Source: an uncultured Acidimicrobiia bacterium (GTDB lineage: Bacteria > Actinomycetota > Acidimicrobiia > Acidimicrobiales > Ilumatobacteraceae). Taken from it: a stretch of DNA of 64,000 nucleotides. This document shows positions 37,001 through 47,326 of this stretch, piece by piece (the stretch's first letter is position 1; each line of letters begins with the position of its first letter). Both the position numbers and the translations under genes were made by a program. The notes under the pieces were generated by a model. The model searched no databases. It was not told the origin of the DNA and saw only the letters and a list, made by a program, of their open reading frames with translations. Location of the stretch: the NCBI GenBank assembly GCA_963844175.1, contig CAWJNE010000019.1, positions 727 through 64,726 of the forward strand. Direction: 5' to 3'.

Positions 37001-37540
37001 GTCGGCTACGACCTGTACTGCCAGATGGTCACCGAAGCGGTGGCCGAGATGAAGGGCACGCCGATCCGGCCGCCCGCCGAGATCAAGCTCGACGTCCCGA
37101 CCGATGCTCACCTCCCGCCGGAGTACGTGGGCAAGGAGGAGCTGCGCCTCGAGGCGTACCGGCGACTGGCGGCCGTCACGACGCCCGCCGAGGTCGAGGA
37201 CATCCGCGCCGAGTGGGAGGACCGGTACGGGCCGTTGCCGCCGGCGGCTGAGGCGCTGCTGACGATCGGCGACTTGCGTGCCGAGTGCCACCGGCTCGGC
37301 CTGACCGACGTCTCCATCTCGGCCGACCGAGCGCGCCTCGGTCCGATCGAGCTGAAGCTCAGCGAGTCGACCCGCCTTCGTCGCCTGTCCCGCGAGGCGC
37401 TGTGGAAGGAGGATGCCCGCCAGCTCGTCGTTCCGATCCCGCGCCGCCGCGAGCCGGCGGCGTTCCTCGTCGACCTGCTCCGCCAGCTCGTGCCACCGCC
37501 GGAGCCGGCCGTCCTCGAACCAGTAGCTTCCGTGCCGTGA
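34088..37540 (+). CDS. mfd: transcription-repair coupling factor
   Basis: 1150 aa. DRLVCGDVGFGKTEVA Walker A, DEEQRFGV, and the TRG motif region. Confidence 0.95.
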   Translation: MRLAALPPLLRDEPALTRALGEPAARLAVVEVARPISIAALAALSNRRPLVVATPTGTMAAQLAEDLEQFLPADQVALFPAWETLPFERVSPSVETMGRRLELLWRLQDPDRCPTVVVTGVRALLQRLGPGATDVDPICIRRGDVVDPDELGARLVHFGYRREDLVEHRGEFARRGAIVDVFPATADGPVRIDLWGDEVDRLTRFGVNDQRSTAELDDVAIVPARELIPTDDVQARARRLVATEPWGREQWERLAEGALFDGMESWLPWLIDERVGEQLLTDILPRTAKVLLVEPRRMRDRAIDLLAEEDDLAKALASTWERDPDKAFPRLHAEPDRLLSGRDAPWSMDSSPESPDTPVVEASGWGPIVGDGAGLVARLTQLLADGVRVVVAADGDGSAARLAALLRDQGLDLPIVTHETGRRADLTTPGGRVVVAPLHHGVTLPAAKLAIVAESDLTGRRRAHRRPRPRRRDALSVFEDLKPGNYVVHVQHGVGRYEGMVKRAIGGIERDYLLVAYKGNDKLYVPSDQIDVLRQYVGGESPTLHRLGGSDFAKAKSRVRSAVREIAQELVVLYQKRVNAEGFAFGQDTPWQGEMEDTFPFVETPDQRAAIVETKADMERPYPMDRLVCGDVGFGKTEVAVRAAFKAVQDGKQVAVLVPTTLLATQHGNTFADRFAGYPIRVETLSRFLSPTQARDVVQGLEGGDVDCVIGTHRLLGEHVKFKDLGLLVVDEEQRFGVQHKELMKQLKVNVDVLTLTATPIPRTLEMSLVGIRDLSLLQTPPADRQPILTYVGGYDERVAVEAIRRELLREGQVFWVHNRVRSIEHAAARLRELVPEARIAVAHGQMDEGTLEQVVVDFWDGKFDVLVCTTIIESGIDMPTVNTLVVERSDLLGLGQLHQLRGRVGRSGQRAYAYLFHPVEVTLTEEAYERLKTIGEATELGSGFKIAMRDLEIRGAGNLLGEAQSGHIAAVGYDLYCQMVTEAVAEMKGTPIRPPAEIKLDVPTDAHLPPEYVGKEELRLEAYRRLAAVTTPAEVEDIRAEWEDRYGPLPPAAEALLTIGDLRAECHRLGLTDVSISADRARLGPIELKLSESTRLRRLSREALWKEDARQLVVPIPRRREPAAFLVDLLRQLVPPPEPAVLEPVASVP

Positions 37541-38463
37541 TCCGCCGAACCGGGCTCGTGTGCGCGCTCGCTGCGCTCACCGTCACGGGGTGCGGTGACA
37601 GCCGGTCGAACGACGCCGCCGCCGACGTCGACGGCTCGATCGTCTCCCGCGACGAGTTCGAGGCGCTCGCGCAGGCCGTCGCCGCCAATCCCGAGCTGTT
37701 CGGCATCGAGGAGGATTTCGACACCGGCACCATCGCCGCCGACCCCGGCCGCGACCTGCTGCGGTTGCTCGTCGAGAACACGGCGACGCAGGACTACATC
37801 GAAGAGATCGGCGCCTCCGTCAGCGAGGCCGACCGCCAGACCGCGCTGGACGCGCTCGGGCCGCAGGCCGCCAACGCGCCGCAGCTCGTCGTCGACCTGC
37901 TCGTGGACTCCCGAGCCAACAGCGCCGCCCTCGGCCGGATGGCCGCCGAGTCCGGGGAAGCGCAGGCTGCGTGGAACACCTCGCCGGCCGAGCTGGGGCT
38001 CCTGTGCGTTCGCCACATCCTCGTCGAGACGGAGGAGGAGGCCGAGGACGTGCTGGCCGAGCTCGAGGCCGGCGCCGACTTCGCCGAGTTGGCCGCCGAA
38101 CGGTCGATCGAGCCGGCGGCGGCGGACACCGGTGGAGCCCTCGAGGCCACGCCGGGCCAGCCGTGCATCCCGCTGCAGCAGGCCCAGAACGGTCTCGACC
38201 CCGTCTTCCTGTCCGCCGCCGTGCAGGCCGTGCCGGGGACGCCGATCGGGCCCGTGCAGACGTCCTTCGGCTGGCACGTGATCCTCGCCCGGCCCTACGA
38301 CGAGGTCGCAGTGGCGGTCGACGCGGCGGTCGGCGGACTGCGCCTGCAGGAGCACCTGGAAAGCGTCGAGGTCAAGGTCGACCCCCGGTACGGACGGTGG
38401 GACGCCGCCGTCGGCACCGTCGTCGCCCTCGATCAGCCCGAGCCGACCGTTCCCGACCAGTGA
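37537..38463 (+). CDS. parvulin-type peptidylprolyl isomerase lipoprotein (SurA/PrsA-like)
   Basis: GTGA overlap with the mfd stop. Lipobox LTVTGCGD. Rotamase region CVRHILVETEEEA...GPVQTSFGWHVI. Confidence 0.75.
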   Translation: MIRRTGLVCALAALTVTGCGDSRSNDAAADVDGSIVSRDEFEALAQAVAANPELFGIEEDFDTGTIAADPGRDLLRLLVENTATQDYIEEIGASVSEADRQTALDALGPQAANAPQLVVDLLVDSRANSAALGRMAAESGEAQAAWNTSPAELGLLCVRHILVETEEEAEDVLAELEAGADFAELAAERSIEPAAADTGGALEATPGQPCIPLQQAQNGLDPVFLSAAVQAVPGTPIGPVQTSFGWHVILARPYDEVAVAVDAAVGGLRLQEHLESVEVKVDPRYGRWDAAVGTVVALDQPEPTVPDQ

Positions 38464-39914
38464 GGTCGCCGCTGCAGCGGCCATCGGTGGTCGTCGTCGG
38501 GCTGGGGCCCGGCGGTGAGGAACAGGTCACCCTGCAGACCGTCAGGACGATCGAACGGATCCCGCGCCGCTACCTGCGGACCTCCCGGCATCCCAGCGCC
38601 CACCTCGTGGACGGCGCGACGACGTTCGACGCCAGGTACGAGCACGCCGAACGGTTCGCCGACGTCTACACGGGCATCGTCGACGACCTGGTGGCGGCGG
38701 CCGTCGAGCACGGCGAGGTGCTGTACGCCGTGCCGGGCTCCCCGCTGGTGCTCGAGCGCACCGTCGAGCTGCTGCGGGCCGACGAGCGCGTGGCCGTCGA
38801 CGTCCTGCCGGCGCTGTCGTTCCTCGACGTGGCCTGGGCCCGGCTCGGCATCGATCCCGTCGAGATCGGCGTCCAGCTCGTCGACGGCCACGACTTCGCC
38901 GCTGCCGCCGCCGGGTCCGCCGGCCCGCTGCTGATCGCCCACACGCACGCCGACTGGGTCCTGTCCGACATCAAGCTGGCCGTCGAGGACGCCAGCGGTG
39001 ACGAGCCCGTCGTCGTCCTGCAGCGCCTGGGCACCGCCGACGAAGCGATCGTGCACACCACGTGGAGCGAGCTCGACCGCGGCATCGACGCCGACCACTT
39101 GACGTGCGTGTACGTGCCCCGCCTCGGCGCGCCGGTCGCCGCCAGTGGCGTGCGCCTGCACCAGCTGGCCCGGACACTTCGCCAGCGCTGCCCGTGGGAC
39201 GTCGAGCAGACCCACGCCAGCCTCGTCCCGTATCTCGTGGAGGAGACGTTCGAGCTGGTCGACGCCATCGCCGCACTCGATCCGGACGACCCGGCGACCG
39301 AGGAGGCGTTGATCGAGGAGCTCGGCGACGTGCTGTACCAGGTCGAGTTCCACGCCGCCATCGCCGAGCAGGCCGGCCGGTTCTCGATGGCCGACGTGAC
39401 CACCACGATCCACGACAAGCTCGTGAGCCGCCACCCGCACGTGTTCGGCGACGTCGAGGCCCACGACGCCGACGCCGTGGCGAGCAATTGGGACGCCATC
39501 AAGCGCGTCGAGAAGCAGCGAGCATCGGTGTTCGACGGGGTGGCTCGCTCGCTTCCTGCGCTGGCCTACAACCAGCACCTCGCCCGCAAGGCGGCCAAGG
39601 TCGGCTTCGACTGGGCCGGCATCGACGGTCCGCTGGCCAAGGTCGACGAAGAGCTGGCCGAGCTCCGATCGGCGCTGGCGACCGGTGAGCAGGCACAGAT
39701 CGACGACGAGCTGGGCGATGTGTTCACGGCGGTGGTCAACGTGGCCCGTCACGCCGGCGTGGACGCCGAGCTCGCCGCACGCGCCTCGGCGGCGAAGTTC
39801 CGCCATCGCTTCGAGATCGTCGAACGGCTGGCCGCCGAGCGCGACATCGACTTGCGGGCGGCGTCGCTCGACGACCTCGAGGGGTTGTGGAGCGAGGCCA
39901 AACTGGCGGACTGA
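38460..39914 (+). CDS. mazG: MazG NTP pyrophosphohydrolase fused to an N-terminal tetrapyrrole-methylase-like domain (YabN-type)
   Basis: GTGA overlap with the PPIase stop. Two MazG repeats (EETFELVDAI...EELGDVLYQV and EELAEL...DELGDVF). Confidence 0.85.
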   Translation: MRSPLQRPSVVVVGLGPGGEEQVTLQTVRTIERIPRRYLRTSRHPSAHLVDGATTFDARYEHAERFADVYTGIVDDLVAAAVEHGEVLYAVPGSPLVLERTVELLRADERVAVDVLPALSFLDVAWARLGIDPVEIGVQLVDGHDFAAAAAGSAGPLLIAHTHADWVLSDIKLAVEDASGDEPVVVLQRLGTADEAIVHTTWSELDRGIDADHLTCVYVPRLGAPVAASGVRLHQLARTLRQRCPWDVEQTHASLVPYLVEETFELVDAIAALDPDDPATEEALIEELGDVLYQVEFHAAIAEQAGRFSMADVTTTIHDKLVSRHPHVFGDVEAHDADAVASNWDAIKRVEKQRASVFDGVARSLPALAYNQHLARKAAKVGFDWAGIDGPLAKVDEELAELRSALATGEQAQIDDELGDVFTAVVNVARHAGVDAELAARASAAKFRHRFEIVERLAAERDIDLRAASLDDLEGLWSEAKLAD

Positions 39915-41167
39915 TGCGCCTCCAGCTGGCCGATCCTGGCGACCACCCGCTGCTCGGGACGCTGCCGTTTGCCGAGGACCTCGAGCAGTGGGATCTGCCC
40001 CACCTCCACGGCGTGCTCGGGCTGCACCGCCACGTGGTGCGGTTGGTGGAGCTCGGCGAACCCGACGGCCCGCGCACCTCGTACGTGGTCAAGGAGCTGC
40101 CCGACCACCTGGCCCAGCGGGAGTACCGCCTGCTGCGCGGCCTGGTCGAGGACCGGCTGCCGACGGCCATCGTGGTCGCCGTCGTGACGCAGCGCACGGG
40201 AGGGCGCGACGGCCTGCTGATCACCCGCCACCTCGACTACTCCCTGCCGTACCGCTCGCTGCTGTCCGGCCGCGGGCTACACATCCCGTACCTCGGCGAC
40301 AAGCTGCTCGACTCGCTGGTCGGCCTGCTCGTGCGGCTGCACCTGGCGGGGTTCTTCTGGGGCGACTGCTCGCTGTCCAACGCGCTGTTCCGGCGCGACG
40401 CCGGCGAGCTGGCGGCGTACGTCATCGACGTCGAGACGAGCGAGCGCTACGAGCAGCTGTCCGATGGGCAGCGGCGGATGGACCTCGACATCGCCACCGA
40501 GAACGTCGCCGGCGGCCTGCTCGACCTCCAGGCCGGCGGTCGCCTCGTCGCCGACGTCGACCCCTGGGCGGTGGCCGAAAACCTCGAGTCGCGCTACGCC
40601 GGCCTGTGGCGTGAGGTCACGGGCGACGAGGTGTTCAACGCCGACGAGCTGTGGAAGATCAACGAGCGCGTGCAGCGGCTGCACGACCTCGGCTTCGACG
40701 TCGGCGAGATCGAGGTCGTCACCGAGGAGGACGGCCAGCGCCTGCGGTTCATCCCCCGGGTCGTGGAGAGCGGCTACCACCAGGACCGGCTGTACGCCCT
40801 GACCGGACTGTGGGCGGGCGAGAACCAGGCCCGCCGACTGCTCGACGACGTCCGCGAGTTCCGCGCCGAGCTGTCCAACCGGACCGGTGCCAAGGTGCCG
40901 GAGAACATCGCCGCCGTGCGCTGGCTGGACCAGCGCTTCGAGCCCGTCATCGCCGCCGTGCCCCCGTCGATGCACGGCAAGCTGCAGGCCGCCGAGCTGT
41001 ACCACCAGATCCTCGAGCACCGCTGGTTCCTGTCGGAGCGCCAGGCTCGTGACGTGTCGATGGACGAGGCGATCGGCTCGTACGTCGGCGACATCCTCGA
41101 GTCCGCGCCGGACGAGCAGCTGCGCATCGACCCACCGACCGGCGAGATCTACCTGGGGATCCCGTGA
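39914..41167 (+). CDS. DUF4032 domain protein (Kdo/WaaP-kinase-like fold)
   Basis: ATG 39914 shares one nucleotide with the mazG TGA. HLAGFFWGDCSLSNALFRRDAG...YVIDVETSE. Confidence 0.65.
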   Translation: MRLQLADPGDHPLLGTLPFAEDLEQWDLPHLHGVLGLHRHVVRLVELGEPDGPRTSYVVKELPDHLAQREYRLLRGLVEDRLPTAIVVAVVTQRTGGRDGLLITRHLDYSLPYRSLLSGRGLHIPYLGDKLLDSLVGLLVRLHLAGFFWGDCSLSNALFRRDAGELAAYVIDVETSERYEQLSDGQRRMDLDIATENVAGGLLDLQAGGRLVADVDPWAVAENLESRYAGLWREVTGDEVFNADELWKINERVQRLHDLGFDVGEIEVVTEEDGQRLRFIPRVVESGYHQDRLYALTGLWAGENQARRLLDDVREFRAELSNRTGAKVPENIAAVRWLDQRFEPVIAAVPPSMHGKLQAAELYHQILEHRWFLSERQARDVSMDEAIGSYVGDILESAPDEQLRIDPPTGEIYLGIP

Positions 41168-42468
<1,301 letters not shown>

Positions 42469-42469
<1 letters not shown>

Positions 42470-42553
42470 TCATTCGAGGGTTTGCTTCATCCGAGGGCTA
42501 CCTGCGGGGAGGCCCCGCGCCAAACCCTCGGATGCACGTAACCCTCGGATGGG
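42469..42553. repeat. 85-bp nested palindromic element, copy 2
   Basis: Same architecture as 33979-34063: CATTCGAGGGTTTGCTTCATCCGAGGGC...CCAAACCCTCGGATGCACGTAACCCTCGGATGGG. It starts at the eno stop codon. Confidence 0.85.
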
Positions 42554-42594
42554 ATGCCTCGGATCGCGCGATCCGACCTGCCACACTCGTCCGG

Positions 42595-43071
42595 ATGAGT
42601 GCCGGGCGGGTGTCGACCGTCGCCAAGCCGCCTGGCCGGCGGGCGTCCGACGCCGGACGCTCGCGCCTGGCCGACTACACGCGCCCGATCGCTCGCGCCC
42701 AGCGGATCACCCGCTCGCGCCGCCCGGCGTTCGCCGCTGGCCTGATCGGGCTGCTCGTCGTCGTCACCATCGGCGCCGCCCTGTTCGGCCTGCCCCTGCG
42801 CACCTGGTTCGCCCAGGACGACGAGCTGACCCAGCTCGATGCCGAGCTCGACGAGCTGACCGCTGTCAACGCCGACCTGGCCGAAGAGGTCGCCGGGCTG
42901 CAGACGGAGGACGGCGTCGTCCGGGCGGCGCGCGACAGCCTCGGCGTGACCCGGTTCGGCGAGCGTCGCCAGACCGTCATCGGCGTGCCCGAGCTACCCA
43001 CCGACCTGCCCGACGGCTGGCCGTACGCCGCCGTCGAGCGGATGATCGCCCTGCGCGCCGAGCAGCCGTAG
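42595..43071 (+). CDS. FtsB/DivIC-type septum formation initiator
   Basis: Basic N-terminus, single TM segment (LIGLLVVVTIGAALF), then a coiled coil LTQLDAELDELTAVNADLAEEVAGLQ. It follows eno as in other actinobacteria. Confidence 0.65.
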   Translation: MSAGRVSTVAKPPGRRASDAGRSRLADYTRPIARAQRITRSRRPAFAAGLIGLLVVVTIGAALFGLPLRTWFAQDDELTQLDAELDELTAVNADLAEEVAGLQTEDGVVRAARDSLGVTRFGERRQTVIGVPELPTDLPDGWPYAAVERMIALRAEQP

Positions 43072-43186
43072 ACGATCGTTCGCTCGCTTGGCGCTGCCGA
43101 TGGCGTCGCGGTCGACCTGGACGCTCGCTCACAGCTGCTGGCGGTCCGCCGGAACGAGCCGATCCACCGTCACTAGCCTGCTCCAG

Positions 43187-43666
43187 ATGAGGTCGCTCGT
43201 CGCCGCCGGCGTGGTCCTCGCCGTGGCCGCCGGCTGCGACAGCGGTGGCGACGACGACCCGTCGCGGGCGGCACAGGTGTACCTGGCGACGATCCGCGCG
43301 GCGACCGCCGATCAGCCGCCGCCGGCCGATCCCGAGGCGTTGCCCGTGGTGTACGTGGTCGCCGTCGGCGAGACGGCCATCCCCGCAGCCGTCCAAGCCG
43401 AGGTGGCCGTCCTGCTGCGCGAGGAGCGCGACGTGCGCTTCGCCGACGAGCGGGCCCAGGCCATCCACGCCGACCTCGCGGCGGCTCCGGTGCGCGATGA
43501 CGGCACGCTGGTGGCGATCGGGGAGGTGCCGGCGGACAGCGAGTCGATCGACGTCGAGGTCGAGATCTACCGCTCCGACGACGACTGGTCCAAGGCCGTC
43601 ATGACGGTGGCCGAGGACTCGTCGCAGTGGTCCGTCACGTCGTCGTCCGCCCTGCCCGGACCCTGA
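43187..43666 (+). CDS. hypothetical lipoprotein
   Basis: ATG 43187. MRSLVAAGVVLAVAAGCDSG lipobox and strong GC3 bias. No family recognised. Confidence 0.5.
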   Translation: MRSLVAAGVVLAVAAGCDSGGDDDPSRAAQVYLATIRAATADQPPPADPEALPVVYVVAVGETAIPAAVQAEVAVLLREERDVRFADERAQAIHADLAAAPVRDDGTLVAIGEVPADSESIDVEVEIYRSDDDWSKAVMTVAEDSSQWSVTSSSALPGP

Positions 43667-45162
43667 TCGTCCGTCGCCAGCGGCTCCACCGGCTCCGTCG
43701 ACTCAGCGCGGAGGCGCTCCATCGCCGCCACCAGCTCGGCACCCCGACCGATGGACCACACCACCTCGCGTTCGTCGAGCGGCCAGGTCGACAGCGCGTC
43801 GCCGCGCAGCCGTTCGATCCGCTCGATCGTCGCCACATCGACCGTCATCCCCATCGCCCGTCCGAGGTCGATGACGCCGGCGACCTCGGTCACGGCCAGC
43901 CGGTGCGACCCGCGACGGTGCCATTCGCGGGCGTGGTCGAGCCGGCGCAGTGCCACCTCGACCGGGTCGAACGGGTCGTCGGCATGGGCCAGGCGCGCCT
44001 CGCGCAGCGACCGCAGGTACAGGACGGCGGCCGGGACCAGCCCGGCGGCGACGATGGCCAGGCTGATCCGGATCGGGATGCCGATGGCCGTCGCGGCGAT
44101 GGCGCCGGCGACCCAGGCCACCTGGAACCGAGTCTCGAAGCGGGCGAACGTCCGCCCGTGGGTCGCCGTCGGTGCCCGGGTCTGGACGAGCGAGTCGAAC
44201 CCCTGGCGGGCGACCGAGGCGGCGCCGCCCAGCGAAGCGGCGACCACCAGGACCAGCGGCCGGGACTGGCCCAGGGCGGCGAACGCGGCCACGACGCCGA
44301 GCACGGCCAGCGACCCAGCCATCAACAGGTCCTCGCCGTAGCGTCGCCGCAGCAGCGGGGCGGCGACGTTGCCGGCGAAGGCGCCCACGCCGTACAGCCC
44401 GATCGTCACGCCGTACACCCACGCCGGCTCGCTCTCCCGCCGCAGCGAGAAGGCGAGGCCGAAGACGAAGAAGCCCACGGCGGCACGCACGACCGTGAAC
44501 GCCCAGGACGTGGCGACCACGGTCGGACGGTGCAGCTCCTCGTAACTCACGCTCTCGCCCACCTCGGCGACCACCGGCGCGATGGCGGGCAGGCGGGTCG
44601 TCACCACGGCGGCGCCGAGGAACAGCGCGCCGGCCACGCCGGCGCTGACGCCCGGCGAGCTGACCGCCAGCAGTCCGGTACCAAGCAGGCCACCGACGGC
44701 GCCGGCGATCACGCTCAGGCGGGCCAATCGGGAGTTGGCCGAGACGAGCCGGCCGGGATCGCGCACCAGCCCGGGGACGAGCGCCTGGCGGACCACGCCA
44801 TACGCCTTGGCGGCGATCAGCAACGCCAGCGCGAAGAAGTACAGCCCGAGCTCCAGCAACGACACGGCCAGACCGATCGCGCAGATGGCGCGCACGGCGA
44901 ACAGCGTCGTGGCGATGGCGCCGGGGCCACGCTGCAGCCGGTCGATCGCCGGCCCGATCAATGGCGCCAACACGATGTACGGCGCCATGTTGATCAGCAG
45001 GTAGATCAGGACCTGCTGCTGGGAGGCCTCCGGGCTGAGGCTGAAGAACAGGGAGCCGGCCAGCGAGACGGCAACCAGCGCGTCGGCGGCGCCCGACAGC
45101 ACCTGGGCCACGGCCAGCCGGTCGAGCCCGGGCGTGCCCGTGCTCAGACCCGGAATCCGCAT
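43567..45162 (-). CDS. MFS transporter with ~130-aa cytoplasmic C-terminal extension
   Basis: ATG 45162 (MRIPGLSTG). About 12 hydrophobic segments by eye. The 3' end overlaps the convergent lipoprotein gene by 100 nt. Confidence 0.7.
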   Translation of the reverse strand: MRIPGLSTGTPGLDRLAVAQVLSGAADALVAVSLAGSLFFSLSPEASQQQVLIYLLINMAPYIVLAPLIGPAIDRLQRGPGAIATTLFAVRAICAIGLAVSLLELGLYFFALALLIAAKAYGVVRQALVPGLVRDPGRLVSANSRLARLSVIAGAVGGLLGTGLLAVSSPGVSAGVAGALFLGAAVVTTRLPAIAPVVAEVGESVSYEELHRPTVVATSWAFTVVRAAVGFFVFGLAFSLRRESEPAWVYGVTIGLYGVGAFAGNVAAPLLRRRYGEDLLMAGSLAVLGVVAAFAALGQSRPLVLVVAASLGGAASVARQGFDSLVQTRAPTATHGRTFARFETRFQVAWVAGAIAATAIGIPIRISLAIVAAGLVPAAVLYLRSLREARLAHADDPFDPVEVALRRLDHAREWHRRGSHRLAVTEVAGVIDLGRAMGMTVDVATIERIERLRGDALSTWPLDEREVVWSIGRGAELVAAMERLRAESTEPVEPLATDDQGPGRADDDVTDHCDESSATVMTALDQSSSER

Positions 45163-45201
45163 CACGGCACCATGGTGCCCCACCGGGACACCGCGCTCGG
45201 T

Positions 45202-46023
45202 TCAGCGGCGCTGTTCGGGCCGGGCCGGGGCGAGGATCGTCGCGTCGGTGCCGAGGATCTGGCACCGTTCCAGCCCGTAGCGCAGCCAGAGAAGGCCTGT
45301 CCAGGCACAGAGGACGGCGTCGATCAGGTCTTCGCGATGCTTCGCTTGCCGGTCGACCAACGGGGTCGGCTCGCTGACCAGCGCAGCGGTGACCGGGTGG
45401 CCAGTGAGGTCGATCGGGGGATCGGCGTCGCGCAGGTCGACGAGGCGGCGCACGAGGTCGTCGCACACTGTCGCCCGGGCGGCCCTGAACTCGTCCGGCG
45501 ACAACCGGTTCGGCCGCCGCTTGTACACCGGACGGACCTCGCCGTACCCGAGCTCGGGCGCGCCGACCAGCGTCGTGTACGGGTACACCTCGTACAGGTG
45601 CCGACCGCTCGACGGCGGTCCGTCCTGGCCGTCGGCGCAGCGCCAGCCGTCGACGGCCGCCCGACGCACGAGGGAGACACCCCCGAGCGCGGCCATGCCC
45701 AGGTTCGAGCAGTTGGCGGAGACCTTCCACCGGCCGTAGCGCCGCCCGACTTCCCGTTCGCACTCCCGCATCCCGGTGGCGTTCTCGACGACGAGCGGAG
45801 CGTCGACCATCGCGACCGCGGCGTCGCCCGCCCACGCCGCCATCCACTCGACGGTGGCCTCGACGCCGCGCGTCCAACCGGCGTCGACGATCCGACCGTT
45901 GCGATCGGCGGCGACGACGCCCGTCTCGTTGGGCGGCCGGCGGCCGTCGCCCTCGCCCCACGCCAGGTCGATGCCGAGCACGGCCGCCGAGCCGAGGCCG
46001 GACGCGAAACGTCCCACCCTCAC
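45202..46023 (-). CDS. DUF429 domain protein (predicted RNase H-like nuclease)
   Basis: VLGIDLAWGEG...VDAPLVVENATGMRECERE...REDLIDAVLCAWTG pattern. Confidence 0.6.
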   Translation of the reverse strand: MRVGRFASGLGSAAVLGIDLAWGEGDGRRPPNETGVVAADRNGRIVDAGWTRGVEATVEWMAAWAGDAAVAMVDAPLVVENATGMRECEREVGRRYGRWKVSANCSNLGMAALGGVSLVRRAAVDGWRCADGQDGPPSSGRHLYEVYPYTTLVGAPELGYGEVRPVYKRRPNRLSPDEFRAARATVCDDLVRRLVDLRDADPPIDLTGHPVTAALVSEPTPLVDRQAKHREDLIDAVLCAWTGLLWLRYGLERCQILGTDATILAPARPEQRR

Positions 46024-46336
46024 GCCGGTGGTGGAGCGGGGATGGGACGTTCGTAGGTTCCCGGCCGACGCGTTCGCCTCCCGCCGGATTGTGGACGGAA
46101 CCGGTGGCTGGAGTCGGCCGCACGAAGGCGGTCCGATCTGCGCATCCGTGGTCCGTGATCGAAACGGGTCGGTCGACGTTCGGCGCGGTCCTGGCTCGGC
46201 CTCAGCCCGGAGGTGATCGCTCCGTGGGCTCGGCGAACCTCATGTTGTCCGTACCTCCTTCGACGCTGTCGATCGGTTGATACGGCAGGCCATCGCTGAC
46301 CTGTCTCGGCCATCGTCCCGCGTCGAAGGCGGTTCG

Positions 46337-47257
46337 TCAAGGGGTCGGCGAGGCGTCCGCGGGCGCCTCGAGGCCGAGGGCGGCCATCACCTCGGCGACG
46401 ATCTGCGATCGCGGCGGCATGCCCGGCACGTGCTCGTGGGCGACCGGGTCGGCGCGCTCGCTGATCGTCGCCCACCGGCTGACGACCAGGTCGAGGAACT
46501 CGTCCTGGGGGATGACCCAGAAGCGCCCGGCCTGCACGGCGTCGGCGACGGCGTCGGCGATGAACGCGGGCTGCGCTCCCTCGTCGATCGCCCGGCGCAC
46601 GTACTGCTCCATCACGTCGCCCGCCGGGTCGTTCTCCGGGCGCTCGCCGAACTCGGCCGGCCAGTTCCGGTCGGCGTCGATGATGTTCGTGCGCACCCAC
46701 CCCGGGCACAGCACGCTGACCCCGACGGGCAGGCCGGCGAGCTGCATCGTGTGGTGGAGGTCCTCGCTGATCGCCACGACGGCATGCTTCGAGGCGTCGT
46801 AGCTGGGACCGAACCCGGGCATCAGCCCGGCGATCGACGCCGTGTTCACGATGTGGCCGCCGCCGATCAGGTGGGGCAGGAAGGCGCGACACCCGTGGAC
46901 GACGCCCCAGAAGTTGACGCCCATCACCCACTCCCACGACCGCAGCGGCCCGAACCACGGGTCAGCACGGGCGGCCACGCCGGCGTTGTTGCACACCACG
47001 TGCACTGCGCCGAAGCGCTCGATCGTGCGCGCCGCCAGATCGGCGACGGCCGCTTCCTTGCTGACGTCGGTGGCGACGGTGAGCACCTCACCGCGTCCGC
47101 GCTTGTCGACCTGGGCCTCAGCGGCCTCGAGTGCGTCGGCCTGGACGTCGGCCAGCACCACGTGCAGTCCGGCGGCGGCGAACCGCTCGGCCATCGCCAG
47201 CCCGATGCCGCTGCCTGCACCCGTGACGACTGCGACCTGCCCCGGCGTCAACTCCAT
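46337..47257 (-). CDS. SDR family oxidoreductase
   Basis: ATG 47257. MELTPGQVAVVTGAGSGIGLA, NNAG, and YDASKHAV catalytic motif. Confidence 0.8.
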   Translation of the reverse strand: MELTPGQVAVVTGAGSGIGLAMAERFAAAGLHVVLADVQADALEAAEAQVDKRGRGEVLTVATDVSKEAAVADLAARTIERFGAVHVVCNNAGVAARADPWFGPLRSWEWVMGVNFWGVVHGCRAFLPHLIGGGHIVNTASIAGLMPGFGPSYDASKHAVVAISEDLHHTMQLAGLPVGVSVLCPGWVRTNIIDADRNWPAEFGERPENDPAGDVMEQYVRRAIDEGAQPAFIADAVADAVQAGRFWVIPQDEFLDLVVSRWATISERADPVAHEHVPGMPPRSQIVAEVMAALGLEAPADASPTP

Positions 47258-47326
47258 GGATCCCCCCTGGTCGGCGACACCGGGACCGTAGTCGTGGATC
47301 CGCTCGGCGCCGAGCCGGGCTGCCCT

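Noticed and set aside
46202-46243. 13-codon mini-ORF as an annotated CDS
   Set aside because: There is only an SD and a start, with no recognisable peptide family. It is too short to support as a feature and is reported only as an observation.
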